A stretch of DNA of 64,000 bases, taken from contig NC_079167.1 of assembly GCF_947568905.1 (NCBI RefSeq), forward strand, positions 19,902,001-19,966,000, read 5' to 3'. The notes below the pieces were generated by a model that searched no databases, was not told where the DNA came from, and saw only the letters and a list, made by a program, of their open reading frames with translations. A program made the translations under genes and the position numbers. Below, in pieces: positions 26,111 to 38,256 of the stretch. Each line of letters starts with the position of its first letter. Position 1 is the stretch's first letter. Source of the DNA: Ostrea edulis. Lineage: Eukaryota.

Positions 26111-26657
26111 AATAAAATGTTCTAATGTTAGCAACCTTGACTATTAACACACAAGTACCTCATGCTGTATTCGGTGTGTTTGTTGCGAGTCCTGTTCCCA
26201 AACTAAACAGTGTCCAGGTTGGAAGCTTATTACAAACTCGACACATTGTGATAAACAGAGATAATGTAGTGGAAATTTAAAACCGATGAATTGAAATAAA
26301 CGATCAACCATTATCCCCTACCCCAAAAACTTAGGATTTAAAGGTTTGATTTCATTTCTAAATTTTGTAAGATAAGAATTTTCAGACAAATGTAAAACCA
26401 ACTTCTCCGACTGCCCCCTTACAATACACGATGCAATACAACGCGCCTGATTATATTTATAACATCACATGATCTCTCCAGGTGTCTGTTTTTCTTCCCT
26501 AGATTACTTCTAAAATTCTCGGGATTCATTGTATTACAACTTGGACAGAAATAGTAATAAAATACGGCTGTAACCCCCTCCCCCTTTCCCCACCCCTATG
26601 TATATACAGGCGCGGATCTAGAAAATGTTGGGGGAGTGAAAGTGTATGCTCTTCTTT

Positions 26658-26725
26658 CAAACTTCCACCAGAGTTCGTTTGCCCACATTCGTAGGTGACG
26701 TAATGAGGCCTCGACGGGGAGTTTG
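26658..26725. mobile_element. 68-bp MITE with CAAACT...AGTTTG termini and 10-bp TSD; arm 1 only
   Basis: TSD gctcttcttt at 26648-26657 and 26726-26735; arm 2 has a single copy of it (~53415-53430). Confidence 0.8.
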
Positions 26726-26877
26726 GCTCTTCTTTCAGAGAATATCTAAGCGTCACTGAATATTATAACGTCACAATGTACAGCACGTCATAATGTCTAC
26801 GACGTAACACATTCACCCTTGCGACTAAACATAAACATGCTTGCTTGGAGGCGATACGTTCGATAAAAGTAACGCAA

Positions 26878-27765
26878 ATGGAAAATCAAAAGATGATTTC
26901 TGTAAAAGTTTTCCGTTCTATGGCAGACAACAAGGATTTGGAAAATGACTTTGTACCTTATGAACAGGTTAAGGACACCATCTCGAAAATTGAAGTTTTA
27001 AAAGCTGCAAATGCAAATGTCTCTTCATTCCTGCCTTCATGGGCTGACGATGAATATTTCATGCAGTTACACATGCCGAAGAAAATAAAGAAGAGAAATG
27101 TGTTTGAGACAAGTATGGAGACTGGAGAGGCAGTGCTGGAGAAAAAATCAGAAGACAAGACAACCATTGAGAGCGGACGGACAATACTGAATTATGCAAA
27201 GAACGGACGAATCACACATTCTGTTCCTGAGATCAGTGGCGAAGAACTTGATATGAAAACAGAGGATGTCGCAGCATATATCCTGAACATTGTCGAAAAG
27301 GCATGTGCAATAGATCTCCAAGATACAACATCCCAGAAACTAGACCAGGATGACGGCAGAGTTATGGTAGAAACAAAACACGTGAACACTTCAGATGCGA
27401 GTCAGGAAATGAAAAATGAGTGTCTACAGAAACCTGTTAAATTACAAGAATTAAAACAGAAAACCAAGCCATCCAAAAGTGGATTGGACAAACCCGGAGC
27501 GCTTACTGCATTAGAAACAGGGAAAATACCAAAGTTTATTCCCCGAAAGCTGTTTCTATCCAGTTTAGAAACCTTTAAACTTGCACCAGATACCCAGGAT
27601 TCCACCAAGAACAAAGAAGAGAAGACCAAACCCATGAAACCAAGGCCTTTACCGAGTAGTTTCCTCTGCACCACGGGACTTTCTCCTGCGGAAGAACCCC
27701 GTGTGGCGAGATCGCGGAGAACATGGAGGGATCGCATTCTCAGGTTTCTTGGATTTAAAAGATAG
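26878..27765 (+). CDS. Intronless uncharacterised protein, 295 aa from the first in-frame ATG (306 from TTG 26845), copy 1
   Basis: Long ORF kept open in both arms; good start context (caaATGg); K/E-rich, probably disordered; ends RRTWRDRILRFLGFKR. No family recognised. Confidence 0.7.
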   Translation: MENQKMISVKVFRSMADNKDLENDFVPYEQVKDTISKIEVLKAANANVSSFLPSWADDEYFMQLHMPKKIKKRNVFETSMETGEAVLEKKSEDKTTIESGRTILNYAKNGRITHSVPEISGEELDMKTEDVAAYILNIVEKACAIDLQDTTSQKLDQDDGRVMVETKHVNTSDASQEMKNECLQKPVKLQELKQKTKPSKSGLDKPGALTALETGKIPKFIPRKLFLSSLETFKLAPDTQDSTKNKEEKTKPMKPRPLPSSFLCTTGLSPAEEPRVARSRRTWRDRILRFLGFKR

Positions 27766-27816
27766 ACATTCTGAAAATTATGGAGATAGAAACGTGATTT
27801 TAAAGGATTTTTTGCA

Positions 27817-28136
27817 TTTTACAAACGTATTACATGTATGTTGATGGTGTTCTGATATGTTGGTACTTTACAAACGTATTATGTATGTTGATGGTGTTCT
27901 GATATGTTGGTACTTTACAAACGTATTATGTATGTTGATGGTGTTCTGATATGTTGGTACTTTACAAACGTATTATGTATGTTGATGGTGTTCTGATATG
28001 TTGGTACTTTACAAACGTATTATGTATGTTGATGGTGTTCTGATATGTTGGTACTTTACAAACGTATTATGTATGTTCATGGTGTTCTGATATGTTGGTA
28101 CTTTACAAACGTGTTATGTATGTTCATGGTGTTCTA
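27817..28136. repeat. 47-bp tandem repeat, ~7 copies, downstream of the orphan ORF
   Basis: Unit tttacaaacgtattatgtatgttgatggtgttctgatatgttggtac; arm 2 counterpart at ~51950-52320. Confidence 0.93.
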
Positions 28137-28677
28137 ATGTGGATTAAATTTGTTTTCTAACTGTTATACCTCTTGATTGTCCTCATTCTCACTCTAATAC
28201 TGTGAAGCATTATGACGTCAGCACAATCATCTAAATTTAGTTAACAAATGGTGTACATGAGGCGGGCACTAAACAAAACTTTCCAAGTATTTAATGAATA
28301 TAAAAGGAGCAAAAATCACCATTTTTGTATGACATATGACAAGATGTGTGTGTGCGTGTGTGTATGTGTGTGTCATTAAAATGTAACGTTTACATTTGTT
28401 CAAATTGTCTTAACCAATGCTTCTTGACAACACAATTATTAGCTGCTCAGGTGAGCCATAAGGCCCGTGGACCTATTTACTGATCTTACAAAATTGAATG
28501 CCTTTTGTTCATTATGTCATATTAAAAGAAAACATTAGTGCAACACTTATTCGGGCTAGCCATCAGACTATTTGATATGTTCTAAAGCACACACCAACGC
28601 ACACATGTGTGTATATATAATTGGAAATTACTTCTATAGTTGTTGCTGCAAAACCATCCACTTTTGGAATCTCAGAT

Positions 28678-28915
28678 TTTACATCATTAGTGGCCAAGAG
28701 GGTACTTATTTACATCATTAGTGGCCAAGAGGGTACTTATTTACATCATTAGTAGCCAAGAGGGTACTTATTTACATCATTAGTGGCCAAGAGGGTACTT
28801 ATTTACATCATTAGTGGCCAAGAGGGTACTTATTTACATCATTAGTGGCCAAGAGGGTACTTATTTACATCATTAGTGGCCAAGAGGGTACTTATTTACA
28901 TCATTAGTGGACGTG
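28678..28915. repeat. 32-bp tandem repeat, ~7 copies (~5 in arm 2)
   Basis: Unit tacatcattagtggccaagagggtacttattt. Confidence 0.93.
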
Positions 28916-29080
28916 GATCTTGACCATTAATGATATAATTTTTGAATTATATCATTAGTGGACGGTAGGGTAGTATGCTAATGGTATAATTATATCATTA
29001 GTGGTCAGGATCCTGACCACTAATGTAACTTTATATCATTAGTGGGTATTGTAGCATTAATGGTTACTACACACATTTTC

Positions 29081-29365
29081 TAGAATATCAAGTTTCTGTT
29101 AGAATATCAAGTTTCTGTTAGAATGTCACGTTTCTGTTAGAATGTCACGTTTCTGTTAGAATATCACGTTTCTGTTAGAATATCACGTTTCTGTTAGAAT
29201 ATCACGTTTCTGTTAGAATATGAAGTTTCTGTTAGAATATCACGTTTCTGTTAGAATATCAAGTTTCTGTTAGAATATCACGTTTCTGTTAGAATATCAC
29301 GTTTCTGTTAGAATATCACGTTTCTGTTAGAATATCAAGTTTCTGTTAGAATATCAAGTTTCTGT
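29081..29365. repeat. 19-bp VNTR, 15 copies (one copy in arm 2)
   Basis: Unit tagaatatcacgtttctgt; 285 bp = 15 x 19. Confidence 0.95.
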
Positions 29366-29633
29366 TAGAAACACATGTCTATGGTCCACGTATTGCAGCC
29401 CTTTTTTAAAGGACAGCAACTTGGGTTTTTTCCACAATTACTCTATATAGGCCTAACTGGTTTAATTTTGTCGATCTACTGCACAACCCACAATCTGTGC
29501 CAACCAAGGGGGGGGGGGGGGGGGGGGGGAACCCAAAACGGGCTTAGCTAGCCCCTGTGGAGCAAACGGCCGATCTCCTGCACAATCATTTTATTTATAT
29601 CAAATTTCTTGAAAAAAGTGACAATTCAGTCCT

Positions 29634-29913
29634 CAGGGCCGTAACTGCCGATGAGGCAGACGAGGCAACTGCCTCGTCTGATTTTTTGGCAAAAAAGAAA
29701 ATAAAATTATATAAATGTTATATTATAGGATATATGTTTAAAATGAAGACAAGCACCTTTGTCTTTGACACCATATTACGATTCTTTACATAGTACAAAT
29801 GAAACACAAACATGATAAATTGGGATTTAAAAAGTGTCATTTTCAGTCGTAAAGTCAATCGGCGGCCCCCAATCCCCTGCCTCCCCTGATTTAGAACCCT
29901 ACTTACGGCCCTG
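29634..29913. mobile_element. 280-bp MITE with CAGGGCCGTAA TIR and 5-bp TSD (GTCCT); arm 1 only
   Basis: TSD at 29629-29633 and 29914-29918; empty site with a single GTCCT in arm 2 (aggac at 50653-50657). Confidence 0.92.
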
Positions 29914-30428
29914 GTCCTGTCACTCTTTACAGGACATGATAGCCAAGGGCGGTGTTAAGTACATTTTATTTGTTGCCTTTGTGTATTTCGATTGAATCCA
30001 CACATCGCGGCAGCAGCAGCAACAAAACAAAAAAAAGCTGGGGGGGGGGGGGTGTAGTTGTATCCGTTACTTCTTATGCCTGTGTCAGACAGCTGTTCAG
30101 CTGCATATCCAAGTTAACCGTTACAAGTGCAAATAATTCCCAGATATTTATATTCATGTGTGAGATGAATTTGATATTAAAGATCGATACAGTTTTTCTC
30201 ATAGAAGTTTCTTGAAATGGCTTTAATATAGATCTTTAAATTTATTTTCTTCGCATTTTGAAAGACTTTTTCTCTTGAAATTTCTTTTTTCGCTTTAAAA
30301 AAATCCTTTTTATAACTTTTTCTCAGTTTTCTTTTAATCATTCGTCTGCACCCTCTCCCCAGTCGACCCCCCCCCCCCCTCCCCCAAATTGATAATACAG
30401 AGTTAGTGCCCTTTGGAAATGTTTGGAA

Positions 30429-30444
30429 ACTTCCGGTGCACGTG
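30429..30444 (+). promoter_or_regulatory. TBL3 proximal promoter motifs: ETS site plus E-box
   Basis: ACTTCCGGT (ETS/GABP-type) and CACGTG 50-65 nt upstream of the inferred ATG, as is typical of housekeeping promoters. Confidence 0.5.
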
Positions 30445-30494
30445 TTGTACAGAATGATGTACAGGAAAGAAAGCTGATAGTCTTATATGAAGTC

Positions 30495-33400
30495 ATGTCA
30501 CAACTGAAAGAGAGGTACAGTATTTTATTTTTTTTGTTTGTTTCAGATTACCAGTAATCTGAGTTTACCGCACGACTGGCTTAGAACAATTGACTGTTGG
30601 TGAAATATTTAGACACCGTGCTCATCACGGTAATGCAGCATAAACGTAAACAATCCCAAGTGGCTGTCTCTCCGTGCCACGAAATTCATCTGCCAACATT
30701 GATTCAAAACTGAAAATATATTAAAACGTCAAAATTGATAAAAATGCATCTTAAACATTGCAACGAATTTTTAACCAACCTTATTCAGTCACAATCGGTG
30801 ATCATGAGGACGGTAATTCACAGATGCACCCTGATAAAAATAAAGCAGTTGTTGACTACTTGTGTTATAATAGAGCTCCTGTGCTGTACTTGGGATGTTA
30901 TAGCAAAAGTATGCAGTAAATTCTTTATTATTGAATATCCGGGTGCCTATGTTGAAAAGGACTTGCACGTTTATAATTTAGACAATCTTTGAATTAAGGG
31001 AAATGTTTGAAAAACATTCTTAGTATTGGTATATTCAATTTAAAGTTTATCACCTTCCTCTGTAAATTCCATATTGTAGCAAAAATTTATGGAAGTTAAA
31101 CAATTTGCAAACACTTCTCCATTAGCGAGATCTTCTTGCTAAAATGTGATTATTCCTCTTTAGCAAGAAAGTAAACATTATCATGAACAGGTGTTTTGAT
31201 TGAAAATAATGGCTAATTCCATGCAATGCTGAATAAGTGTGACACTCAGTCAACATGAAGCGAATTGTCTCTATAAAATTGACAACACAGTCAAGAAATT
31301 TCATATCAACTTTGCTGTGTAAGTGGAACTAATGCACATCGTGAGTGTTTTTGCTTTGATTTATATATTTGCAGATATATCAGACGTATTAGCACTTTTT
31401 CTTCTTTTCACATGAAACAGGAAGAGATGTACTCAACGAATGTTTTTCTCGATTGTATGGGATATATTAATACTTTCACTAAAGAGGGATAATCGCGTTT
31501 TCGAGAGAATATCTCTCTGTAGGGGAAGTGTTCCCAACCTGTTAAAAGACTATTTCAATACTGTGTTGTGATTCATTTTCTGGTTATGTATACAGGTAGA
31601 CATTTTTATGTAAGATTTTTATCCACAGTTTCGCAGTAGAAACAAAGTATGAACCCATTTTTACTGGCGGAAAAATTCACGTAAGTATTTATAAACATAT
31701 AGAATTAGTAATTAAACTTTTAAAGATTGGATTGATTGATTGTGTACTGTTTAACATCCCTCTCGAGAATTTTCCACTCAAATGGAGATGTCACCATTGC
31801 CAGTGAAGGACTGCAAAATTTAGGCCTATGCTCTGCGCTTATGGCCATTGAACAGGGAGGGATCTTTATTGTGCTACACCTGATGTGATACAGGGCCTCG
31901 GTTTTTGCGATCTCATCTGAAGGACCACCCCATTTAGTAGTCTCTTACGACAAGCAAGGGGTGCTAAGGACCTATTCTAACCTGGATCCCCACAGGATTA
32001 AACATTGGAATGTTTGTACAAATGGCAGTGAAATACAGAACCTAGTAGGGACAACATGAATAGAGTTCCATCTTTTTTATAATAACTCCTATTTACCTCT
32101 ATCTCCCCCAAAAAATACCCACCAATAATAATGTTAGAATAGAATTTGAAAATGACCTCAACAGCAAAATATCTTTCCGAGCAACAGGAGACTTGTCAGT
32201 CTACTTGAATGCAGTTACAGATTCTTTTCCTGTTTTCAGATTTCTAAAGATGGAGTTTTTATGTTCTGTGGATGTGGAAATAAAATCCACATACTTGATA
32301 TAGAATCAGGCCAAACCAAGATCACATTATCCCAGGTTTGTATTCCGTATAATGTGTATGACTGCATGACATGTGTAGCATACACGTAGCTTCATCTAGA
32401 TGTTTTTTACTATTTCCAGATAGCACTAATTTTTAAATGATCCTCGCTTCAGCCGTTTAGTGAACTAGTTGTTTTAAAATCAATCGTGATATGATATCAA
32501 AGTAAAAAAAAAAATTAGAAACTTTTGAGGATGAGTATTGAAAAATATATTTTGATGTGATATGTATTGCGATGCAGCGTAAAGATAAGCAACATATGGA
32601 ATTTTACAAACAACATTACTTTTACTTGTGTTTGTTGTGTACACCTTGTAGTGCAGTTGTATTTTACAAAATAAATAAAATCATTAAATCACCAGAACTA
32701 ACAATTTCTGACTGATGCATGCTTCCGTTGCATTAGTATAAATATTAAATGTCATTCAACAAATTAATTACAACCAAGAGTAATGTACTGATAATTGGCA
32801 TTGTTGATTCTTGTCTCCTTGCAGGGCATTAATCAAATGCATTTCCCTCCCATGCTATTTTAGATAAAATGAACAACATATTTATTTTTACTCATCTGTA
32901 AGTTGCCTACAGATCTATCAGAGTTGTACAAAAATCCACTGAAAATCATGTAAACTAGACATAATATCATTTATTCCAGAAATTAATTTGACCAAATGAT
33001 CAATTGATTTGTATATAGTAATCATCTGAGGTTGTGTATTGACAGGAAGAAGATGAAGAAATCACCCATTTTTGTCTCTCTCCAAGTAATGAGGTAAGTT
33101 TTTCAAAAATACCTATATACATTGTAGGTACTGCACTGTGCTTCATGCTTTATCTCCATTTTTATTGACTCCACATTCATTTAAGATTTACACATATCAG
33201 TGTTTACATTCATCTGATTTGTACAGTTACGTTCAATCTGTCCACTACTGTACAATTATTTATTATTATAAATATTTTTGTGGGATGATGTTTGAGTAAG
33301 AATAACTTCTTATTTTTTATTTATGATTGAGTAGTTCACTCTTTCTTGTTTGGGAAGGCTGTACATTTGTTGATGTACAATGAAAATAATGGAAATAAAC

Positions 33401-36400
33401 CTAAAAACCCCAAAATTAGAAAATTAATCATTTTACAGTATAATATATGTGTAATGTAGAACATTACTCCCTTATTTGCTGCTTGTGAAGTCAGATTTTC
33501 TGTTGTTCATATCATGTAGTACGTAGTGCTTATTCTTACATTTCTGTGTCACTGTCTGTGCGTCTGTTTTTATAATATGATATGAACATGCTGCTTTGAG
33601 TAGATGGCTTTGTAAACTTTGTACTTTCATTTTGTATAAAAGTTAAACAATGTTTGTGTACTTTTATTTTCAGTTTGTAGTTGTGGCCACCAAGCACTTG
33701 GTATTGAGGCAGTGGAACTGGAGAGATAAGGTCCTTGTAAGGTCATGGAAGGTCAGTGCATAATCACAGATTGAAACACTACACAGCCTTAATTTTGCTT
33801 CAGTATAATTTATAATTATAATGCAGTGAGGTAAAACTGCAGTGAAATGTAATTTACCATGTATCTTTATGGAGGGGGTGTGTGTGTTAAAATCTGTACA
33901 TTTAGTGTACCATATTAGCAGAATTTTTAGCCACTTATATGGTAAAAGGATAATACCTAGGAGGTCTGGAATAATGTCCATGTTCTACTGATTGAGCTTA
34001 AGGGTAACCCTCTAGCAGAATTTTTAAGAAGGCCGTGTATCTAACAATATCGCATTGTCCCCCACCAACTTCGACTCTCCCTGAGTGTCAACAACTATGG
34101 GGTAATTATTCACCCATCAGAAAAATATATGGACTCTAAATGTGACAGAGATGGTATGTGCCTCTGGTGTGAATTGGAACTTGTGATGTCTAGCACAACA
34201 AGCACTCTACCGATCAAGCTAAAGGGTTAACCCACAAGCTAGAGCTAGTAAGAGCTAGGACGGTCATGTCTTTAACACTACCACGGTATTTAATGTCATA
34301 CTATATAAAAACAGATTCAGACAAGAAGGATTAGAATAACCAGGAGCAAATCTAAAGCTGCACACAGTAGCAAATTCTCAATACATCTGATCCCAACTAG
34401 AGGTGTGATGGAAATATACATTTGATTAGATTTGAAATTTTATTATGAAAAGTTGATCCAGGCATACCTCTGATATTTAGGCTATTCACATTTCTCCTGT
34501 TGTGGCAATGGACTTCGATGTTTCTTCCACACTGTTGGCGACGGGAAGTTCAGACACAACCGTCAAGCTGTGGGACATCGACAAACAGTACTGTACACAC
34601 AACCTGAAGGGCCACACTGGGGTCATCAGGTACTATCTTATACCCACATTGTATGTAGATTATGTCAAGATGATTCTAAAATTGTCTATCTAAAACTGAG
34701 ATCTATGCTTAGATTCAGTGTGAAAGTTGTAAACAAAACAGCTAGTAAGCACTTGTGTAATTTGTGTGAAAGTTTTCAGTTAAACATTTGTGTGAAAATT
34801 TTTAGTTAAACAGTTGGCAAGCAGTTGTGTTATTTGTGTGAAAGTTTTCAGTTAAACAGTTGTATAATTTGTGTGAAAGTTTTCAGTTACACAGTTGTAT
34901 AATTTGTGTGAAAGTTTTCAGTTAAACAGCTGTGTTATTTGTGTGAAAGTTTTCAGTTAAAAACAGTTGGCAAGCAGTTGTGTGATTTGTTAAGTGTACA
35001 TTTGATTCCTTTAATGACCAGCATTGTGAGGTTTCACCCAGACAATGAGAAGCTGCAGCTGTTCTCTGCTGCAGACGATTACAAGGTGAAAGTCTGGGAC
35101 CTGAAAACCAGTAGGTGTCTGGTGACTATAGAGGCCCATTTCAGCGTGGTGACCAGCATGGTCTTCTCACCAGATGGTGCTACAATGTACAGGTAGGTCA
35201 TGGCTGACTTGAAAAGCAAATGAAGTGATGCAGTTTTATTGTCAGTGACGAAATAATTCATTCAGTAGACCACATGACTTAAATTTGGGGACTCAGGGTT
35301 CAAATCTTTGTTCTATTGAATTTTCTCCAACAAAAAATGGCTTAATATGATTTGACTTCACCTCTGTAAAATTTGTTGTTGTCTGTTGTTAGTATTGTAA
35401 AGTTGATTTCACTTTTTCACAGTGGAGGTCGAGATCGCATCGTGTCTGTGTGGAATGTGGAAGAGCTGAAAGTAACCAAGTCCATACCTGTGTTTGAGGT
35501 AGGTCAATTGTGCAGGGCCATAACTACATGTATGTTTAAGGGTATTCAAAGATTAGGTGACCAAGGCTGTACTTGTGTTTGAGGTTCGTCTAAATTAGGT
35601 GAACAAGGTCATACCTGTTTTTGAGGTAAGTCTAATTTGGTCAACAAGGTCTTATTTATAATTGAGATAGGTTTAAATCAGGTGAACAAGTTTATACTTG
35701 TATTTGAGGTAGGTTTAAATTAATTCACGAAGGCCATATCTGTGTTTGAGGTAGATCAGGTGACCAAGACTACCTATTATTTTGGGTGGACCACAGATTA
35801 TAAATAAGGTCACAACTTTGAGGTAGGTTATACATATAGATCAGGTGTATGTTAAATCAGGTGACCAAAACCATTCCAATGTTTGAAATAGGTCATATGT
35901 CAGGTGATGAAGGTAGATTATGTGACCAAGGCTACACTTGTGTTTGAGTTTAGTTGCACAGGTACATCAAGTAAACCAAAATTTCATCTGCGTTTGATAT
36001 AGGACTGTGATCAGGTGAACAAGCTACACCTGTGTAATAGGTAGATATTTGTGTATGAGGTAGATCAGGTAAGTATGTGATACCTGTGTATGAGGTAGAT
36101 CAGGTAAGTATGTGATACCTGTGTATGAGGTAGATCAGGTAAGTATGTGATACCTGTGTATGAGGTAGATCAGGTAAGTATGTGATACCTGTGTATGAGG
36201 TAGATCAGGTAAGTATGCGATGCCTGTGTATGAGGTAGATCAGGTAAGTATGTGATACCTGTGTATGAGGTAGATCAGGTAAGTATGTGATACCTGTGTA
36301 TGAGGTAGATCAGGTAAGTATGGTGATACCTGTGTATGAGGTAGATCAGGTAAGTATGTGATGCCTGTGTATGAGGTAGATCATGTAAGTATGTGATGCC

Positions 36401-38220
36401 TGTGTATGAGGTAGATCAGGTAAGTATGGTGATGCCTGTGTATGAGGTAGATCATGTAAGTATGGTGATGCCTGTGTATGAGGTAGATCATGTAAGTATG
36501 GTGATGCCTGTGTATGAGGTAGATCATGTAAGTATGGTGATGCCTGTGTATGAGGTAGATCAGGTAAGTATGTGATACCTGTGTATGAGGTAGATCAGGT
36601 AAGTATGTGATACCTGTGTATGAGGTAGATCAGGTAAGTATGTGATACCTGTGTATGAGGTAGATCAGGTAAGTATGTGATACCTGTGTATGAGGTAGAT
36701 CAGGTAAGTATGTGATACCTGTGTATGAGGTAGAACAGGGACCAGTATTGTTTAGTGAGATACTGTATTAAAGATATATGATTTTAAATCTGATGATCTC
36801 GTTTGAGGATTTGACTTGTCTTTCTCAGTGAATGATGATATTTTTCTCTATAGTTGTTTTTTATTTTGAAGAGTGTGGAGGCAGTGATCTTGCTGCCACA
36901 GGACAGAGAGTTTCCTGACCTGGAGGTTCCAGAACAGCAGTCACCACACATCATAACGGCTGGTAGTAAAGGTAGGGGTCAAATATTTGTCACGGTGTCC
37001 TAAAAACACAGAAAATCCATTATTGGGCTGCTTTAATTTGATGGAGAAATTCATCCCAGTTTTAAGATTGAAATTTAAATTATCAACCATCAGAGTTTCC
37101 TTCAGAATCCCAAAAAGTTTGTGTTCAATTTATAATCATAGTAAGATGATCTTGAAAATTTGAATTTTGTCTGTTCTGTTTTTTTTTTAGAAACTTTACA
37201 AGTTTGAATTGCATTTGTTCTGTTATTTAGGAACGTTACGAGTTTGGAATATAGAAAAGTCTAAATGTGTATATGTAAGGAAGGAGATGATAGGTCGAGC
37301 CAGTGACAATGAGGAAGAAGATCAGAACATCATACAGGCATTGTACTGTCCAGCACTACAGAGTGTAGCTGTTGTTACCTTTGACAACAACATTACATTA
37401 TGTAAACTAGAGGATTTGTCTGTCAAAAAACAGGTTTGTTCGTTTCATGTGTAAAAGTACATTTGTATAACTAGAAATAGATAAAGAAAATAAGGCAAGT
37501 CATTTTGAACGTTACATTGTCACTCTTTTCTACCATGTCATGTATACATGTCAACTTTTGAAAATTTAGCATGCGACAACATTTTTTTCAAAGCTCAAAA
37601 TTCGCGACATATTGTCATGAAAATAAATGTATGTTTTTTTTTAAAAAAAAAAAAATCAATCTAATACATTGTATCATATATGGCTTTTGTCAGTGCTTAT
37701 AATCGGGAGAGTGCTGCCTAAGTTGGAATAGTTGGCATGTATGGTCATAGATAGTTCAAGGGAGTGTGTTATTCTTAGTCTGATTATACCTGCCTTTTTT
37801 GTGATTTATTATATATATAAAGCATGTACACAGTACATGTATATCAGCAGTAACAGTTTTTGTTGACATTTTAGTTTTGTGGCAACACAGATCAGGTGTT
37901 GGACATCCAGTTTTTAGGACCCAATGATTCTCACCTGGTTGTGGCAACCAACAGTGAGCACCTGAAAGTGTTTGAAATTGCTACCTGGAATTGTCAGCTA
38001 TGCTCGGGTCACACAGACATCATACTGGGAGTTGTAGTTGACAGGAAAAGAAACCTGCTGGCCACCTGCTCAAAGGTTAAATATGTGATACAATCTCATG
38101 ATATCGCATCATATAGTGACATCACAGTGTTTTCGTGATGTATCGGCTACTTTTTATTAGCTCATCTGAGCCTTTAGTGAGTTTTTCTGATCAAAATTCG
38201 TCCTTTGTCTGTCGTCGTAC

Positions 38221-38256
<36 letters not shown>

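Larger units (their letters stand above)
20744..30647 (+). repeat. Inverted segmental duplication, arm 1 (~9.9 kb)
   Basis: Colinear reverse complement of 49483-59859, from ataagatattcag to gcagcataaacgt, with private indels and TE insertions. Confidence 0.97.

Noticed and set aside
26845-26877. TTG start of the 306-aa ORF in the ORF track
   Set aside because: Eukaryotic gene; the first in-frame ATG at 26878 has good context and was used instead.
29509-29529. Long poly-G/poly-C runs (also 1641, 6279, 8004, 9354, 50756) as G-quadruplex signals
   Set aside because: Homopolymers inside common repeats, variable between arms and error-prone in sequencing.
20744-30647. Arm as a single giant transposon (Helitron/Polinton) that captured TBL3 exon 1
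   Set aside because: No TIRs, TC...CTRR ends, TSD or transposase, Rep or integrase ORF at the boundaries; treated as a segmental duplication.
36051-36738. CRISPR-like regular array; ORF with MPVYEVDHVSMV repeats
   Set aside because: Head-to-tail units without unique spacers, no cas genes, eukaryotic intron; the ORF is a repeat translation.
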